A program made the translations under genes and the position numbers. 64,000 nucleotides of DNA from Bugula neritina. Lineage: Eukaryota; Animalia; Bryozoa. Of this stretch, positions 20,794 to 32,800 are shown in pieces. Every line of letters starts with the position of its first letter. The first letter of the stretch is position 1. The stretch covers positions 7,348,741 to 7,412,740 of the forward strand of contig OZ037768.1 in assembly GCA_964035545.1 (NCBI GenBank), read 5' to 3'. The notes beneath the pieces are model-generated. The model saw nothing but the letters and a program-made list of their open reading frames with translations, ran no database searches and was not told where the DNA came from.

Positions 20794-21871
20794 TAAACTA
20801 ATTCGAGACACCTATTTCAATATTTCTAAACCAGCCGGATTTGGTAGTAAAGCAAAGTTATACAAATCATTAAAAGGCAAAGTAAGCAAGGGTGCAATTG
20901 ATAGATGGCTTGAAAAAACAGACAGCTATAACCTACATAAACCTTTGCGAAAAAACTTTCCCAGACGAAAGTATATTGTATCAGGTATTAATGCCATGTG
21001 GCAAATTGATTTAACAGATCTCCAACAGTTTTCATCCGAAAATAATGGATTCAAGTATATACTATTAAGCATTGACACATTCAGTCGTAAAGCCTACGGT
21101 GTACCACTCAAAACTAAATCTGGTTTAGAAGTGAGTAGAGCTATGAGGGAGATTATAGAAAACGAAAACAACAACACTCCACCAGAAATGATTTTATCAG
21201 ATAGAGGCAAAGAATTCTTTAACCCTCAATTTAAAGCATTAATGAAAGAATATAACATAAACCACTTTTCATCCAACAATCAAGAAATTAAAGCATCCAT
21301 GGTTGAAAGACTGCAAAGAACACTAAAGGCTAAATTGTTTAAATATTTTACTCATCAAAACAGTCACAGATATCTTGACATTCTCAATGATCTAATATCA
21401 TCATACAATAACTCGAAACACTCGGCTCATAACTCAACACCTAATGATGTGACAGTTAACAATCAAGAAGAAATTTGGCATAGACTATACACAGATAGTC
21501 AGAGTGGTCAAACTAACAAACTAAAATACAATGTTGGAGATCTCGTTAGAATATCGAAATATAGTACAGTATTTAAAAAAGGATACCTTCCTTCTTGGAG
21601 CGAAGAAATCTTTACCATAGCGAAAATCCACACTACTAATCCTCCAGTGTATTCTCTCGCGGATGACAGCGGTGATCAGCTAGAAGGAACATGGTATGAA
21701 CCGGAATTACAGAAAGTAAACACCAAGAGCAACACCTATAAAATAGAGTCAATTGTTGGTCAGCGTACTGTGAATGGTAAAAAACAATTTCTTGTAAGGT
21801 GGGCTGGATATCCGCCAAGTTTTGACTTGTATGTTGATAAAAGAGATGTAATTTTTAACTATAAGAATTAG
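20744..21871 (+). CDS. RVE (retroviral-like DDE) integrase with C-terminal chromodomain
   Basis: WQIDLTD, ILSDRGKEF and MVERLQRT supply the D-D-E triad; KKGYLPSWSEEIF; chromodomain YKIESIVGQRTVNGKKQFLVRWAGY. Likely start is MARRKRKK at 20744. Confidence 0.95.
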   Translation: MARRKRKKQNPDSSYTDKLIRDTYFNISKPAGFGSKAKLYKSLKGKVSKGAIDRWLEKTDSYNLHKPLRKNFPRRKYIVSGINAMWQIDLTDLQQFSSENNGFKYILLSIDTFSRKAYGVPLKTKSGLEVSRAMREIIENENNNTPPEMILSDRGKEFFNPQFKALMKEYNINHFSSNNQEIKASMVERLQRTLKAKLFKYFTHQNSHRYLDILNDLISSYNNSKHSAHNSTPNDVTVNNQEEIWHRLYTDSQSGQTNKLKYNVGDLVRISKYSTVFKKGYLPSWSEEIFTIAKIHTTNPPVYSLADDSGDQLEGTWYEPELQKVNTKSNTYKIESIVGQRTVNGKKQFLVRWAGYPPSFDLYVDKRDVIFNYKN

Positions 21872-21904
21872 ATAATAAACTTATATGTTGTCACTCTTAC
21901 AAAG

Positions 21905-22675
21905 ATGCGCGTTGTTTTACCTAGTAATGCTTCGTTGAAGCATTTTCCAAAAAATAGTCTTTCAGTATACACAGTTCAATTGCCTCAAAGTTTAGATTTT
22001 ACGGATGGCTCTTACGAAATCGGATTGAGTGATATACAATTTTATAAATCATGGTTCAATGTGAAACAGTGCAGCATAACCTTAAAAGTAAATGAAGCTG
22101 AAGAAACAGTGCATCTAGATGACGGTTACTACAAATCAGATAAAAAGCTAATACAATCTATCAATCAAGCAATAAATGACCAGTGTTTAAATCTGAAAGT
22201 AAAATTTAATTTCTATTACAACGATGTCAATAAGAATTTTTATGTCATTGCTGAAAATGTTAGCGGTTGCTCTATAGACATCACATACTCACCATCTCTT
22301 GAGAAAATACTTAATGTACAGGAAGAAAAAATGGAGATAAAATCAATGACCGATGGCACAATTTTGGTCAAGTACAATACTCCAATAAGATTACATACAA
22401 TATTTAACCTGATGGTGTATACAGATGTAGCAGAATCTAGTATTGTTGGAGATACTCAGGCTCAACTACTAAGAGTTGTAGGAGTCGAGGATGGTCATTG
22501 GAGGTTGCAGTCCACTAACTTTAACAATGTACAGTACTGCAAAATAAATAAAACGCATGTTTCGAGTGTATCAATTTATATATACACGGATTACGGTGAA
22601 AGAGTACCATTCACGCATGGACGTACAGTGGTAACGGTAGATATTCGAAAAGTTAAACCTATAAACCTAATATGA
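21905..22675 (+). CDS. Minor capsid protein / penton (single jelly roll, PX)
   Basis: N-terminal LPSNAS..FP.N....YTVQLP..L....YEIGL and C-terminal VYTDVAE.SIVGD....LLR, typical of Polinton penton. Confidence 0.88.
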   Translation: MRVVLPSNASLKHFPKNSLSVYTVQLPQSLDFTDGSYEIGLSDIQFYKSWFNVKQCSITLKVNEAEETVHLDDGYYKSDKKLIQSINQAINDQCLNLKVKFNFYYNDVNKNFYVIAENVSGCSIDITYSPSLEKILNVQEEKMEIKSMTDGTILVKYNTPIRLHTIFNLMVYTDVAESSIVGDTQAQLLRVVGVEDGHWRLQSTNFNNVQYCKINKTHVSSVSIYIYTDYGERVPFTHGRTVVTVDIRKVKPINLI

Positions 22676-23103
22676 GAATAATTCCATTCGATTGTGATGC
22701 CGCATCAAATAGCTATAGACAGTTATATGAACAATCAGGAAATGGAATGATTCCAATATTTTCAGGAGAAAAATATCAAACAGGATACGGTTTAGGGAGC
22801 ATATTTGGTAACATACTCAAAGCAGCATTGCCTGTTGTAAAACAAGGTGTAAAAAGTTTAGGAAAGACAGCAATAAATACTGGTCTAAACATTGCCAGAG
22901 ATAGTTTATCCGGTAAACCATTCAGAGAGTCAATTAAAGATAACGTCAACAGCGCGGCTGGAGAGGTTATTACTAAAGGTATTACATACGTCACCAACAG
23001 AAATCGAAATAAAAAAAGGAAGCGTCAGACTAACAGAGTTACTTCTTCCAAGTCTTCAAAGGTGAAAAGACGTAGGGTTACTAAACGCGATATCTTTTCA
23101 TAG
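22672..23103 (+). CDS. Core/membrane-lytic precursor protein (QxGxG adenain sites, amphipathic helix, R/K-rich tail)
   Basis: QSGNG and QTGYG|LGSIFGNILKAALPVVKQGVKSLGK; basic C-terminus RNRNKKRKRQ..KRRRVTKRDIFS. Confidence 0.8.
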   Translation: MRIIPFDCDAASNSYRQLYEQSGNGMIPIFSGEKYQTGYGLGSIFGNILKAALPVVKQGVKSLGKTAINTGLNIARDSLSGKPFRESIKDNVNSAAGEVITKGITYVTNRNRNKKRKRQTNRVTSSKSSKVKRRRVTKRDIFS

Positions 23104-23114
23104 AATACTATACT

Positions 23115-24425
23115 ATGAGTTTCATAATGGAACATAGCTGCCTCGCTGGCAAACCCGAATTAGATTTATTTTCTACACTACCTACTCAAGCATCAATCGA
23201 AGAAGGATATCACGTAGAACATATGCCCACAACCTCATTGAATGATGAGGGACCTATAAAGTTCTCAATCTCTGGTGATTCGAACAACTACCTTGACCTC
23301 AGTTCAAGCTATCTATTATTAGAGGTGAAAATAACAAAAGCTGACGGTACGGATCTCGATGCTCAAGGTGATGCGGCTCCTATAAACCTTTTGGGTCACA
23401 CATTATTTCAACAAGTAGAAATTATGCTAAATGATGTAGTTATTTCCAACGCTTCTAATCTCTACCACTACAGAGCTCTTATAGAAACTTTACTAAGTTA
23501 CTCCGATGAAGCTAAAAAGTCACAACTATCAATGTCACTCTACTCAAAGGATACACCCGGAAAAATGGATCACATTGGTGGTGATAATGAAGGCTTGGAA
23601 GCTAGAAGGCGAATTACGGGGCAGAGTAAAACTGTGCAATTAATTGTTAGACCGCACGCTGACATATTCTTTCAAAGGCGATTCATTTTAAACGGAGTAG
23701 ACATGAAATTAAAATTTGTGAGGAATCACAACAGCTTAGTGCTAATGGCTGGTGAAAACTCTACTTGCAAACTAAAAATCCTAAACGCATCTTTTTTCCT
23801 TCGAAAAGTTAAAATCAATAGCGGAATACAATTAAAGCACATTGAAAATTTAGACAAGAAACTATTACCAGCCGTTTATCCTATCAGAAGAGTTGATATG
23901 AAGTCATTCAATATCGCATTGGGTTCACTGTCTTGGAACGAAGAAAATTTATTTCACGGTATTCTGCCTAAGAGGATAGTTATAGGTATTGTAAACGCTG
24001 GTGCATTCGAAGGCGCGTACAATTTGAATCCTTTCAACTTTCAGCACAAACATTTAAAATATACAAACCTAGTCGTTGACGGGAAACAAGTACCTCAGAA
24101 GGCATTGGTTTCAGACTACACAAATCATAATACTCTAAGAAACTATTTTACGCTCTTGGAATCAACGGGAAAGGTGTTCAACAATGGCGGAATAGATATA
24201 GATAGAGAGGAATACGAGAAAGGTTACAGTCTAATGGCCTTTGATTTAACTCCTGACCTAGATTTGAGCACTTGCTTTCATTTGATGAAGCGAGGAACAA
24301 TAAGATTAGAGCTAAAGTTTTCTCAGGCTCTTGACACACCCGTTAATGTGATTGTCTACTCCGAATTTGACTCTGGTATAAAAATTGATAAGAATAGAGC
24401 GGTACTTACAAATTTCTACGCGTGA
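23115..24425 (+). CDS. Major capsid protein (double jelly roll, PY)
   Basis: 436 aa; ELDLF..PTQ.SI, YRALIETLLSY, PKRIVIG, NPFNFQH, FDLTPD, G.IRLELKF...L. Confidence 0.93.
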   Translation: MSFIMEHSCLAGKPELDLFSTLPTQASIEEGYHVEHMPTTSLNDEGPIKFSISGDSNNYLDLSSSYLLLEVKITKADGTDLDAQGDAAPINLLGHTLFQQVEIMLNDVVISNASNLYHYRALIETLLSYSDEAKKSQLSMSLYSKDTPGKMDHIGGDNEGLEARRRITGQSKTVQLIVRPHADIFFQRRFILNGVDMKLKFVRNHNSLVLMAGENSTCKLKILNASFFLRKVKINSGIQLKHIENLDKKLLPAVYPIRRVDMKSFNIALGSLSWNEENLFHGILPKRIVIGIVNAGAFEGAYNLNPFNFQHKHLKYTNLVVDGKQVPQKALVSDYTNHNTLRNYFTLLESTGKVFNNGGIDIDREEYEKGYSLMAFDLTPDLDLSTCFHLMKRGTIRLELKFSQALDTPVNVIVYSEFDSGIKIDKNRAVLTNFYA

Positions 24426-24964
24426 TGAATTCTAAAGAAATATATTCCATTCTTGAGAACGATGAGTGGGTGAAAAAGATGAACTTCATCGGTGTATTTC
24501 CAATCGATAGAATACCTAGTAGTAGTTTGACGGATTATCCTTGCTGTGGAGTTGTAAACACTAAACCTCACAATCATCCGGGAGAGCACTGGGTGATGTT
24601 TCTAAAGACAGAAAATAACACAGGAGTTTATTTCGACTCTTTTGGAAGTGGTCTTTACAACATGCCAGAGGTTGCGGCTATATTTGATTCAGTAGACTCT
24701 TGGCAATTTAGTAGCACTCAGCTACAATCTGTATTTTCTACAGTTTGCGGACAATACTGTATTTTTGTGTTAACGCATTTAGCCAGAGGTTTCTCACTAG
24801 AACACATTATATCTTTAATAAATGATTGTTGTGATACATACGCGAATGATGCTTTTATATTTAATTACATTAATCAAAAATATAGTAATTTTTTAAATAA
24901 AGAACTAGAAATTGTAGACTTACCTTTTATTTTTGAACAAGCTTCTTATCCTGTTAAAATTTAA
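24425..24964 (+). CDS. Adenain-like (Ulp1/C5-type) cysteine maturation protease
   Basis: GEHWV (His), YFDSFG (Asp), QLQSVFSTVCGQYC (Gln/Cys). The ATG overlaps the MCP stop (TGATG); AATAAA at ~25000. Confidence 0.93.
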   Translation: MNSKEIYSILENDEWVKKMNFIGVFPIDRIPSSSLTDYPCCGVVNTKPHNHPGEHWVMFLKTENNTGVYFDSFGSGLYNMPEVAAIFDSVDSWQFSSTQLQSVFSTVCGQYCIFVLTHLARGFSLEHIISLINDCCDTYANDAFIFNYINQKYSNFLNKELEIVDLPFIFEQASYPVKI

Positions 24965-25146
24965 AGCTGTAATATTCTATTATGACATTTTTTCAAGAAA
25001 ATAAACTCATGGTGAAAAGAAATCTCTTTCTGGTTATTGAATATTATACGGAGTGTAGAATTTACCAAAGTGACAACAGTGATATAACGAGGGTAACTAA
25101 TCATAGATCAATGTTTTAGTACGTGAGATTCTGACTACGTAGTTAG

Positions 25147-25354
25147 TTAAAAGGTGTATTCACCGTAAGCTAAATTTAATAGCTACCACCTGTCAACTTT
25201 AAGGCTTACAATGCTAATTCATCAATAACAAATACAATGCTCACATAGTTAACGAGATGCTAATTTCCATAGCCATAGAGTCTACACTATGTTGACAAAT
25301 TGGCCGATACGAGATGCTTACTTCCATAGCCGTAGAGGCGCTTATTATACTACT
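25147..25354 (-). repeat. Right terminal inverted repeat (208 bp)
   Basis: Reverse complement of the left TIR, with an extra 26 bp bounded by TACAATGCT direct repeats. Confidence 0.95.
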
Positions 25355-25470
25355 TATATACTATACTAAACGCTACTATATACTATACTATACACTACTA
25401 TATACTATACTATACACTACTATATACTATACTATACTATACTATACTATACTATACTATACACTGTACA
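25355..25470. repeat. (ACTAT)n-type microsatellite, right half of the target site
   Basis: Continuation of the 9348-9615 repeat, starting with the TATATA TSD. Confidence 0.9.
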
Positions 25471-25608
25471 CTCCTCCACTCTATACAGTGTTGAAAGCTA
25501 ACTGACACTTCCTCTTTTGGCTATATCCACAAAAAGTTTATTTTGTTCACTTGAGTGTAATAGTTATATTACCAACTTTACTGATACAACTTTCATCTAC
25601 TTGCACAG

Positions 25609-28600
25609 CCTCAGTGTCTGTGGAGGGGATACCTCCTCCCGACTATATAGCCACACCTGACGAGGACCCTACTCTACAAGTACCTCCAGTCATACACTAT
25701 GATGACTGGAGAGGAAGCACTGGTCATATAAAAAAGCAGCAGGGTAAAATGTTGTGCCGCATTCTTGCTTCTAATGTGTGTCCTGCGCAGCAACACTGCT
25801 TTCTGCATACCTCTTTCTGCACAAAAACCCTCAAATAATTATTTTCTCCACAGAATAACGCTAAGGCTTCTAGAAACTGTCTTAGTTTACTGACTCTGAT
25901 TTATGATTTGGAACTCTGGTGAAATATTTTCAATGTTGTGATAAAAACCTGCTTTTCTACAGCTCTTGCTTCTGTGCAGTTATTTCTCAGTTCTTTGAGT
26001 TTGTCACTTACTAACTCTGTTTAATATCTGTGATTTCCTCACAGCATACATGCTGAATTTCCTGTAGGTAGCTTATATAAAATATGTTATTGTGTTGGCA
26101 GTCTTTACTGAAATCTCTCTATCTTGTTTAGTATGAAATTGGAAGATATAAATATATTATTATATTATTATGGTTGTGTCTAACATTTCTGGCTCTTTGT
26201 GTAACAATTTTTGTAAAACTAATTGAGATTCAGTAATGCCGTTGATTAATGTTGGATGTAAGGCTACACGCGAAGGTGTCTGTAAAGGCATAGCCCACTT
26301 TCTGACTTACTTGCTGTGAAGCTCTGTGATATCTGTTGGCTTCCCAGTATAATTATTATTAACTTTCATCACTAGGCAACATAATCACAACTTCAATGGG
26401 TTAAAGGTGTGGGCGGTAAATGCTACTGCACTGAGTAATAGTAGAATATTTCAACTAATAGATTCTGTTCTATTGCTGTTTGTTGTTTAGTTATTCCTAT
26501 AAGGCTACTTGATGGTTTCAAATATGTGTTACTTATAGAGAGGTTTCCACCCCCTCCCCCACAACTCTTGGAAGATGACGATACATTCCCAGAACCGCCC
26601 CCAGACTACGAGCAGAGTGCTCAAGAAGAGCAGGAAAATCCTGGTCTAATACCTCCACATAAAATACCAAACCCAGTCTTGGAGTCTAGAGATAGAGTAC
26701 AGCTCAACAAAGACATCATATTCAATGCTAAACAGTGAGTTTGTACCAAATAAATTCTATTTACTTTAGAAATTTGTAATGTAACGCAAGAAGAACGCAA
26801 CTTTCCTAAACTTTAATGGTTTTGTTTTTTAATCACTTGTTAGGTTTTGATGTTTTGTTATACAGCTGGTGCCACAATATAGTCTCCAAGTAACAAAACA
26901 GTTTAGGGCATTTGGTAAGCAGGTAATAAGTAGTGGACCGTAATAATTCCCAAAGCTAATATTTCTTTTAGAAATGCTCACAAATAATTGGCAAAGCTGA
27001 GTAAAAAATCAAGTAACGGACCAATAAAATAGTTCAATCAATAATCTGAGTTGATTCAGTGAATTTGAATTGACTTTCCAGCACTTGATCATATTATGTA
27101 TTGTGTGTATTCAAATATTACATGCATTAATCGAACTTCAATTTGGTGGATAAATGCATTCATTTAGGGACTTGAATAAAAAAGCTGCATCCTCATATCT
27201 AACTGTTTTGAAATTTAACATTTAACTGTATATAATGAATGTCATTGAACTGCAATAGCCATTGAATCTCTGCAACAAATTTATCTGGCTATTGTTATAC
27301 CACTTGAGTGCTAAGAACTAAACTAGCACAAGATGATAGCTGATGGTTATCACCTTCAACTTTAATTTTATTTTGCGCTACCTACTATACAGAATACCAA
27401 AAGTTTGACTGTTTAACAGGCATTAATTTCGGCATCTGTGGTATTCCCAATCCTAGCTCACTATTACTGCCTATATGCATGAAAATATGTATATTATTAT
27501 TTGAAAAATAATTAGATTATTTCTGTAGCTCTCTATCAAGATATAGCAGTTGGTTATCCTTGATAAGTTTGCTGAAAGAAGTACTGAGTAATTGCTATTA
27601 TAATACCAGGAAGCTAATTGTGACTTTCCTTCAGCCAAATTAATTTTTTTGACTGAAAATAGTGAAGGTACATATACACTCTTTAAGACATGATGTTTCA
27701 TGTGACTGAATAGCTGTAACTCATAGTTACTGGAAGTATGTTGTGTTTAAACAATAGTCATGCACCATGCATCAATTACTAGTATTATAATAGCTAGTTC
27801 CTTGTTGCTATCAACTAGGATCTCAGAAATTTCTAGTCTACTTTAGACATGGTAGCAATACTCAACACACTTTTTCAAAGTGTTTAAAATTTACAAACAG
27901 CGTCAGGGTTGTTAGTGCCAAGTAAAGTTGCACTCGCAATAAAAAATTGAGTGGAACGGTGAAAAGAAAAGTTTATTTGCTGTGATTGTTTGAACCCATC
28001 ATTCCACACCTGCATTTGGAATGATCACTTCAAATATTTTACAGCAATATAAATGTACTAGACAAAAAGCCTGAACTTCAAAAAGAATTACTTAGAAGGA
28101 AGCTAGAAAAACAGAAAAAAGAAGATGCTGAACGTCAAATAAGTAAGAGAAGCAGCTTTGAACAAAAGTTAGATGCTCGAAAAGAAAAGTTAGATAATGT
28201 GAGTATGAAAAGGGAGCACTTTGAGGTGTGCAAAATATTATTTTCTTTTTAGCTACCTTTGTTTTGTCTTTGGAAACTGAATGCACAGTGATTTTAATGA
28301 AAATAATGGATATAAATTTCTCTGTGATGAAGGGTAGACAACTCTACATCAATATTATAGACGTGCTTAGTGGTCCACCTCTTTAAAGATGAATTGAAAT
28401 TTCTTTGAATCTCAATAATTATTTGATATTTTAGAATTTAGGTTAAAAAAATTGAATTAAGGTTGTATTAGATTTAAATAAATAAAAGAAACTAAAAACA
28501 ACAATGATATTCATGAAAATACTACTTACAAGCATACTAAAATATTTTCCATAAAATAATGACTTTATTAATGCTCTTTGTCAATAGCTGATGATAATTC

Positions 28601-28763
28601 TGCCAACTTTTCTATGTTCATATTTTAAACTTGAAAAATGTTGCACAAAGTTTATTTTCATCTGTAGAATGAGAGAGCCGAGAAAATATTGGAGGAAAAG
28701 GAAGAAAATCAATCTGAACTTGCACGAGTTCACAATAAAATTAAAGCTAAACATAATCATTAG
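25609..28763 (+). CDS. FAM107: FAM107/DUF1151 family protein, 5'-incomplete; exons 25609-25743, 26539-26734, 28045-28198, 28668-28763
   Basis: LIPPHKIPNPVLESRDRVQLNKDIIFN and KPELQKELLRRK...RSSFEQKL match the FAM107 signature. Intron phases 1, 2, 0 are consistent and all introns are GT-AG. No Met in these exons, so the start lies upstream. Confidence 0.8.
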
Positions 28764-29869
28764 CGTCATTTAGTTACCTGCATGCATATTAGTTAGGAAA
28801 CTACCATCTAATAACACTCAACTATACAATATTATATAGTTTTGTTACAATGATATGTAGATAATATAATTCTTCCTTATAGTTACTGCATATACCAGCA
28901 TGAATATTATTACACTCACTAACACACAGCATTCCATACAAAAGAGATTAGATAATTTTAAAATATCATAACTCGCTACTGTTATGTTATCTAACACTGT
29001 ATGCTATAACAATTATATCTATTTTTGCTAATTCAATGTTTACTAACACAGTGCAATTGCACTCACTGAAATTATGCATGTGTCCTGACACTTTTGCCAC
29101 TTTGAAAATTCGATGACACCGTGTACAAGTATAACTTTGATATCTAATGTTAACCTATTTCTGAATCCTTTTGGACAAATTATAAATATAGTTTTTTAAA
29201 TAATGTCTTCACATTTCAGAATTTTTTTATAGAGTTATGCTAAGCAATGTTGTATTGATGGTTGCCTTTTTACTCATTCATTCATTAGCCTAGCTTTGTT
29301 GACTTTTTAATATTAAAATCGAATTGTTGTGAAACTAACTGTGAATTATGTTCAACTAAAATTTCTTTTTAAAGCACCCTAAAGCAAGCAACTTTATTAC
29401 CACATTAGAAAAAAAGCAAATAAAATTGCAACTTTCTTATTTATTTGTACTAAATCTTGTTCGATAGCTGTGAAATATATATTCAATTGTTACTTGAACA
29501 ATACATGAAGTTAAAATCAATTAATTTCTCAATTGAACAAAAATGGGATGTGATATGAATATCAACTAGAGCAATTGGTAAATTTACTTTGAAATAAAAA
29601 ACAGACCCTTGGTTGTTATCTAGCATATAAATCATAATCAAACTAAAATATGATATTTGGTGAATAAAAACGGAAGATTTGACACATGTTCAACTTGCCA
29701 AATTAAATATACATTTTATACTGATGGGAATAAATGCTTGTGAGGTCACATATTATTAAGAGTCAACTATTAAAAGGTGCTGAATTGCAACTTCATTTAA
29801 AATTAAATACATCACTAACAGAAATCTACTGAAAATATTGATTTGTGTGCGGGATTAAGAACTTTGGTA

Positions 29870-32800
29870 CTACGAAGAAGGTCTCGTTTTCTCTATAGAT
29901 GTTACAAGAATTTTAGCTGCCTTGGCAATGTCATATGCAGAATGGATAATATTTTGAGCTTTTAGTTTAAAGTCGGTTTGACCAGCAGAGTCTGTATATG
30001 GTGATTTGGCCTCTTGGCAGAGTTGCATTGCTCCTGACTTGAGTTTTGAGAGAGCTATCTGTATACTACTGTCATCCATTCCCTAAAATTACAAGCAGTG
30101 CTTGACATAAGTACACCCACATGATTGCGCTTAATGCTAATGAAGTACAAGTGCTCAAGTAGATGCAGTAAGTTTAAAAAAACAAAAACATAATTTTTGG
30201 AAGATGTAAAGAAGTTTCCCAAAAAAACTTGAGGAATTTTAGCTTTACATCAACAATGTGGCAAAACCCAAATATGTGAATACAAAATAAACCTACAGAT
30301 ATCACAGTGTGCTCTAAAACTGCTCTTATAACAAGAGATATATACATGTTGTGCCCTAGTTTGTGTTTTTTTTAAAGGAATAAAATTAACAAAAGATAGT
30401 GAAATTCATTAGAATATATTCACAGGTGCGCTAAAATGTATTAAATCTTGAAAACTTTACTTGTTCATTTGATATAATTAACTTCAAAGCTCAAGGCAAG
30501 TATTTATTTCAATATGCTCAAATCAACTAAAATTGATGAATAATTCTATTAGCAAAGTACCATCAATGAATATTATAGTAGGCTACATATCATTCATTCA
30601 AAGTACTCTGAATCGATATTTAATTATTAAAAATATATTAAAAGTTAAATTTCTTATTTCAAATTCAATAAAATAAATTTATGAATAAGTGATTTGCAGG
30701 AGTTTGACTAGAAAACTTGCAGTAAAACAATCAACAATTTTCAGTCAAATAAAAAAGGTGAGAAAATTTAAGATTTGAGAAGTGATACAAATGAAATTTT
30801 TTTTGAAAGTTTTGAGTGGGTAAGACTTACCACAGGGAAAAGATCGATCATTGTATCTACAGCTCTCATAACCTTATCTGAACATGTGACATAACTACAA
30901 AAATGCATTGATAAAAATTAAAATAACATTACATTCACCAGATCTTGTTATATATCTGCATCCAATTATTAATTTTTGAAAAACCAGCTCAGCTAAAATC
31001 AATTAAAAATAAGTTGTACATTAATTACTTTATAAATATATATTCCAAAGGACCATAACATATATAAGATATCAGAAAATACACTTTGAAGCAGAAAATC
31101 AAGGGAGTTACCTTTCATGTTTGTTTTCTCTGGCACATATCAGCAATTCATGGATCTTCTTAGTGATATTTTCCGTATAAGGCTTGATGGATTCAGGTGA
31201 CGGGAAATTCTTACCTCCTTCATCTGAAGGTACTCTCTCAGTCCTACAAGAAACATTACAAAAATATTGCAAGACATCGCAACATAAATACAAGTTAATA
31301 AACTGAAATAAAGTTAAGCAAAATAGAACTTTTATCACCAGTATATATTTCAGCATAAATCAATGAATCACTCACTCTTCATTGTCGTAGAGACTGTCAT
31401 TATCAGTACTGGCTGTACGTTCCATACCTTCTACAGACTTGCGTTGCTGAAATAAATCACATTGCAATTATCTGTTTGTGTGCGTGCTCATGTGTGTGCG
31501 TGCGTATGTGTGTACAAAATTTGAAAAATTGAAATTCACATAAAAAAAATAAAATGAAGCAATTTGTCATAAATTGAAGTGCTGCACAATTGCAGAGAAA
31601 AGACAACTGCTACTTATATCTTGCTGTATATTGCACATCAGTATAGCAGACGAGTCATAGTAAATCTGAGTTCTCATTGCAGCCAATCGTTACTAGTTAA
31701 AAGTAAATACGAGAAAGTCAATGCTGGATAACTAAAGAATTAAACTGCCAGCTTGCTCTAAAAATGTACCTGGTTGAGAGGTTTGGATGCCAGCCTACTG
31801 AGACTCCCAGACTGCGTTGTTTGGAGATTGCTATTAGTATTAATTTCTACAGGAGCTGTTGCCTATAATTACATAAACACCAAATATAACTCTTATATGA
31901 AAACATCAACCATAACTAACTACTTTCCATCAACCAACATAGTATAAAGTCCACCATGCTTGTCTTGGAAGGTTTCCCGTGACTCAGTATGAAATTTAGT
32001 ACATTTTTGTTTTTGATTTTGCTAATGACTCAAAAGACTATTGCAAACGTTTCAATCAGCAACATTTGGCCAGTTGCAATGAGTGAATTACATGAAGATT
32101 GTATTGTCGTGTACCAGTCGTAGCTTAGAAGTTTCGACCATAGAATGCGGTCTGTTTCTAGGCGATGACGAGGATCTGAGAGAGCTGTGCTGCCGGGCAG
32201 CGAGCCCATTAGTCAGCGGTGATGTGGTTCTACATGGGATGGCTGACTTTGCGGGCAGGGACTGTGAGCTCACACTTGATCTATCATCAGAGCCCGCCTT
32301 GCTCGAGGTCTTCAGCAACGTGTTCTCAGCCATTAATCTCTTCATCTACAATCACACTCACAGCTATAGAAAAACACATTTAGTATTTCAACAACTTAAC
32401 ATTATGACTTTTGATTAACATCACAACTACCCTAAACTCAAACTCTTGGAAAAATTAACATATAGGGAATCATTAACTAAAATGATTAATCAGTGCAAGT
32501 TAATAATTCTCCATATTATTATAACTAAAATGAAGTCACTGCTTATATTTTGGCAATACTCTCTATTTTATTCCTTTAGAGCTTACCGATGCCTGCAAGT
32601 TATTGACTTCGCGCTGCAGCTGCTGGTTAATAGTTGTCAATTCTGATATTTTGGTTTGAGACGCGGAGAGAGCCATCCTCAGTTCCACCTCATCTGCAAG
32701 TTGATCTGAGTCATTTCTAACAGGAGACTTAGCAGAGCCAACATGTTCTCCGCTCTACAGCAATACAGTACAACGACTTGAATTTTTACCAAAGTACAAC

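Larger units (their letters stand above)
9616..25354 (+). mobile_element. Complete Polinton/Maverick (adintovirus-like endogenous virus), 15,739 bp
   Basis: Ends 5'-AGTAGTATAATAAGCG ... CGCTTATTATACTACT-3'; 6-bp TSD TATATA (9610-9615 / 25355-25360). Encodes pPolB, RVE integrase, A32-like ATPase, penton, DJR major capsid and adenain, the established Polinton core set. Confidence 0.97.

Noticed and set aside
9989-22997. Minus-strand ORFs inside the Polinton (9989-10243, 12259-12459, 14622-14804, 19308-19598, 19846-20079, 21636-21818, 22776-22997)
   Set aside because: Short antisense shadows of well-supported plus-strand genes with no motifs.
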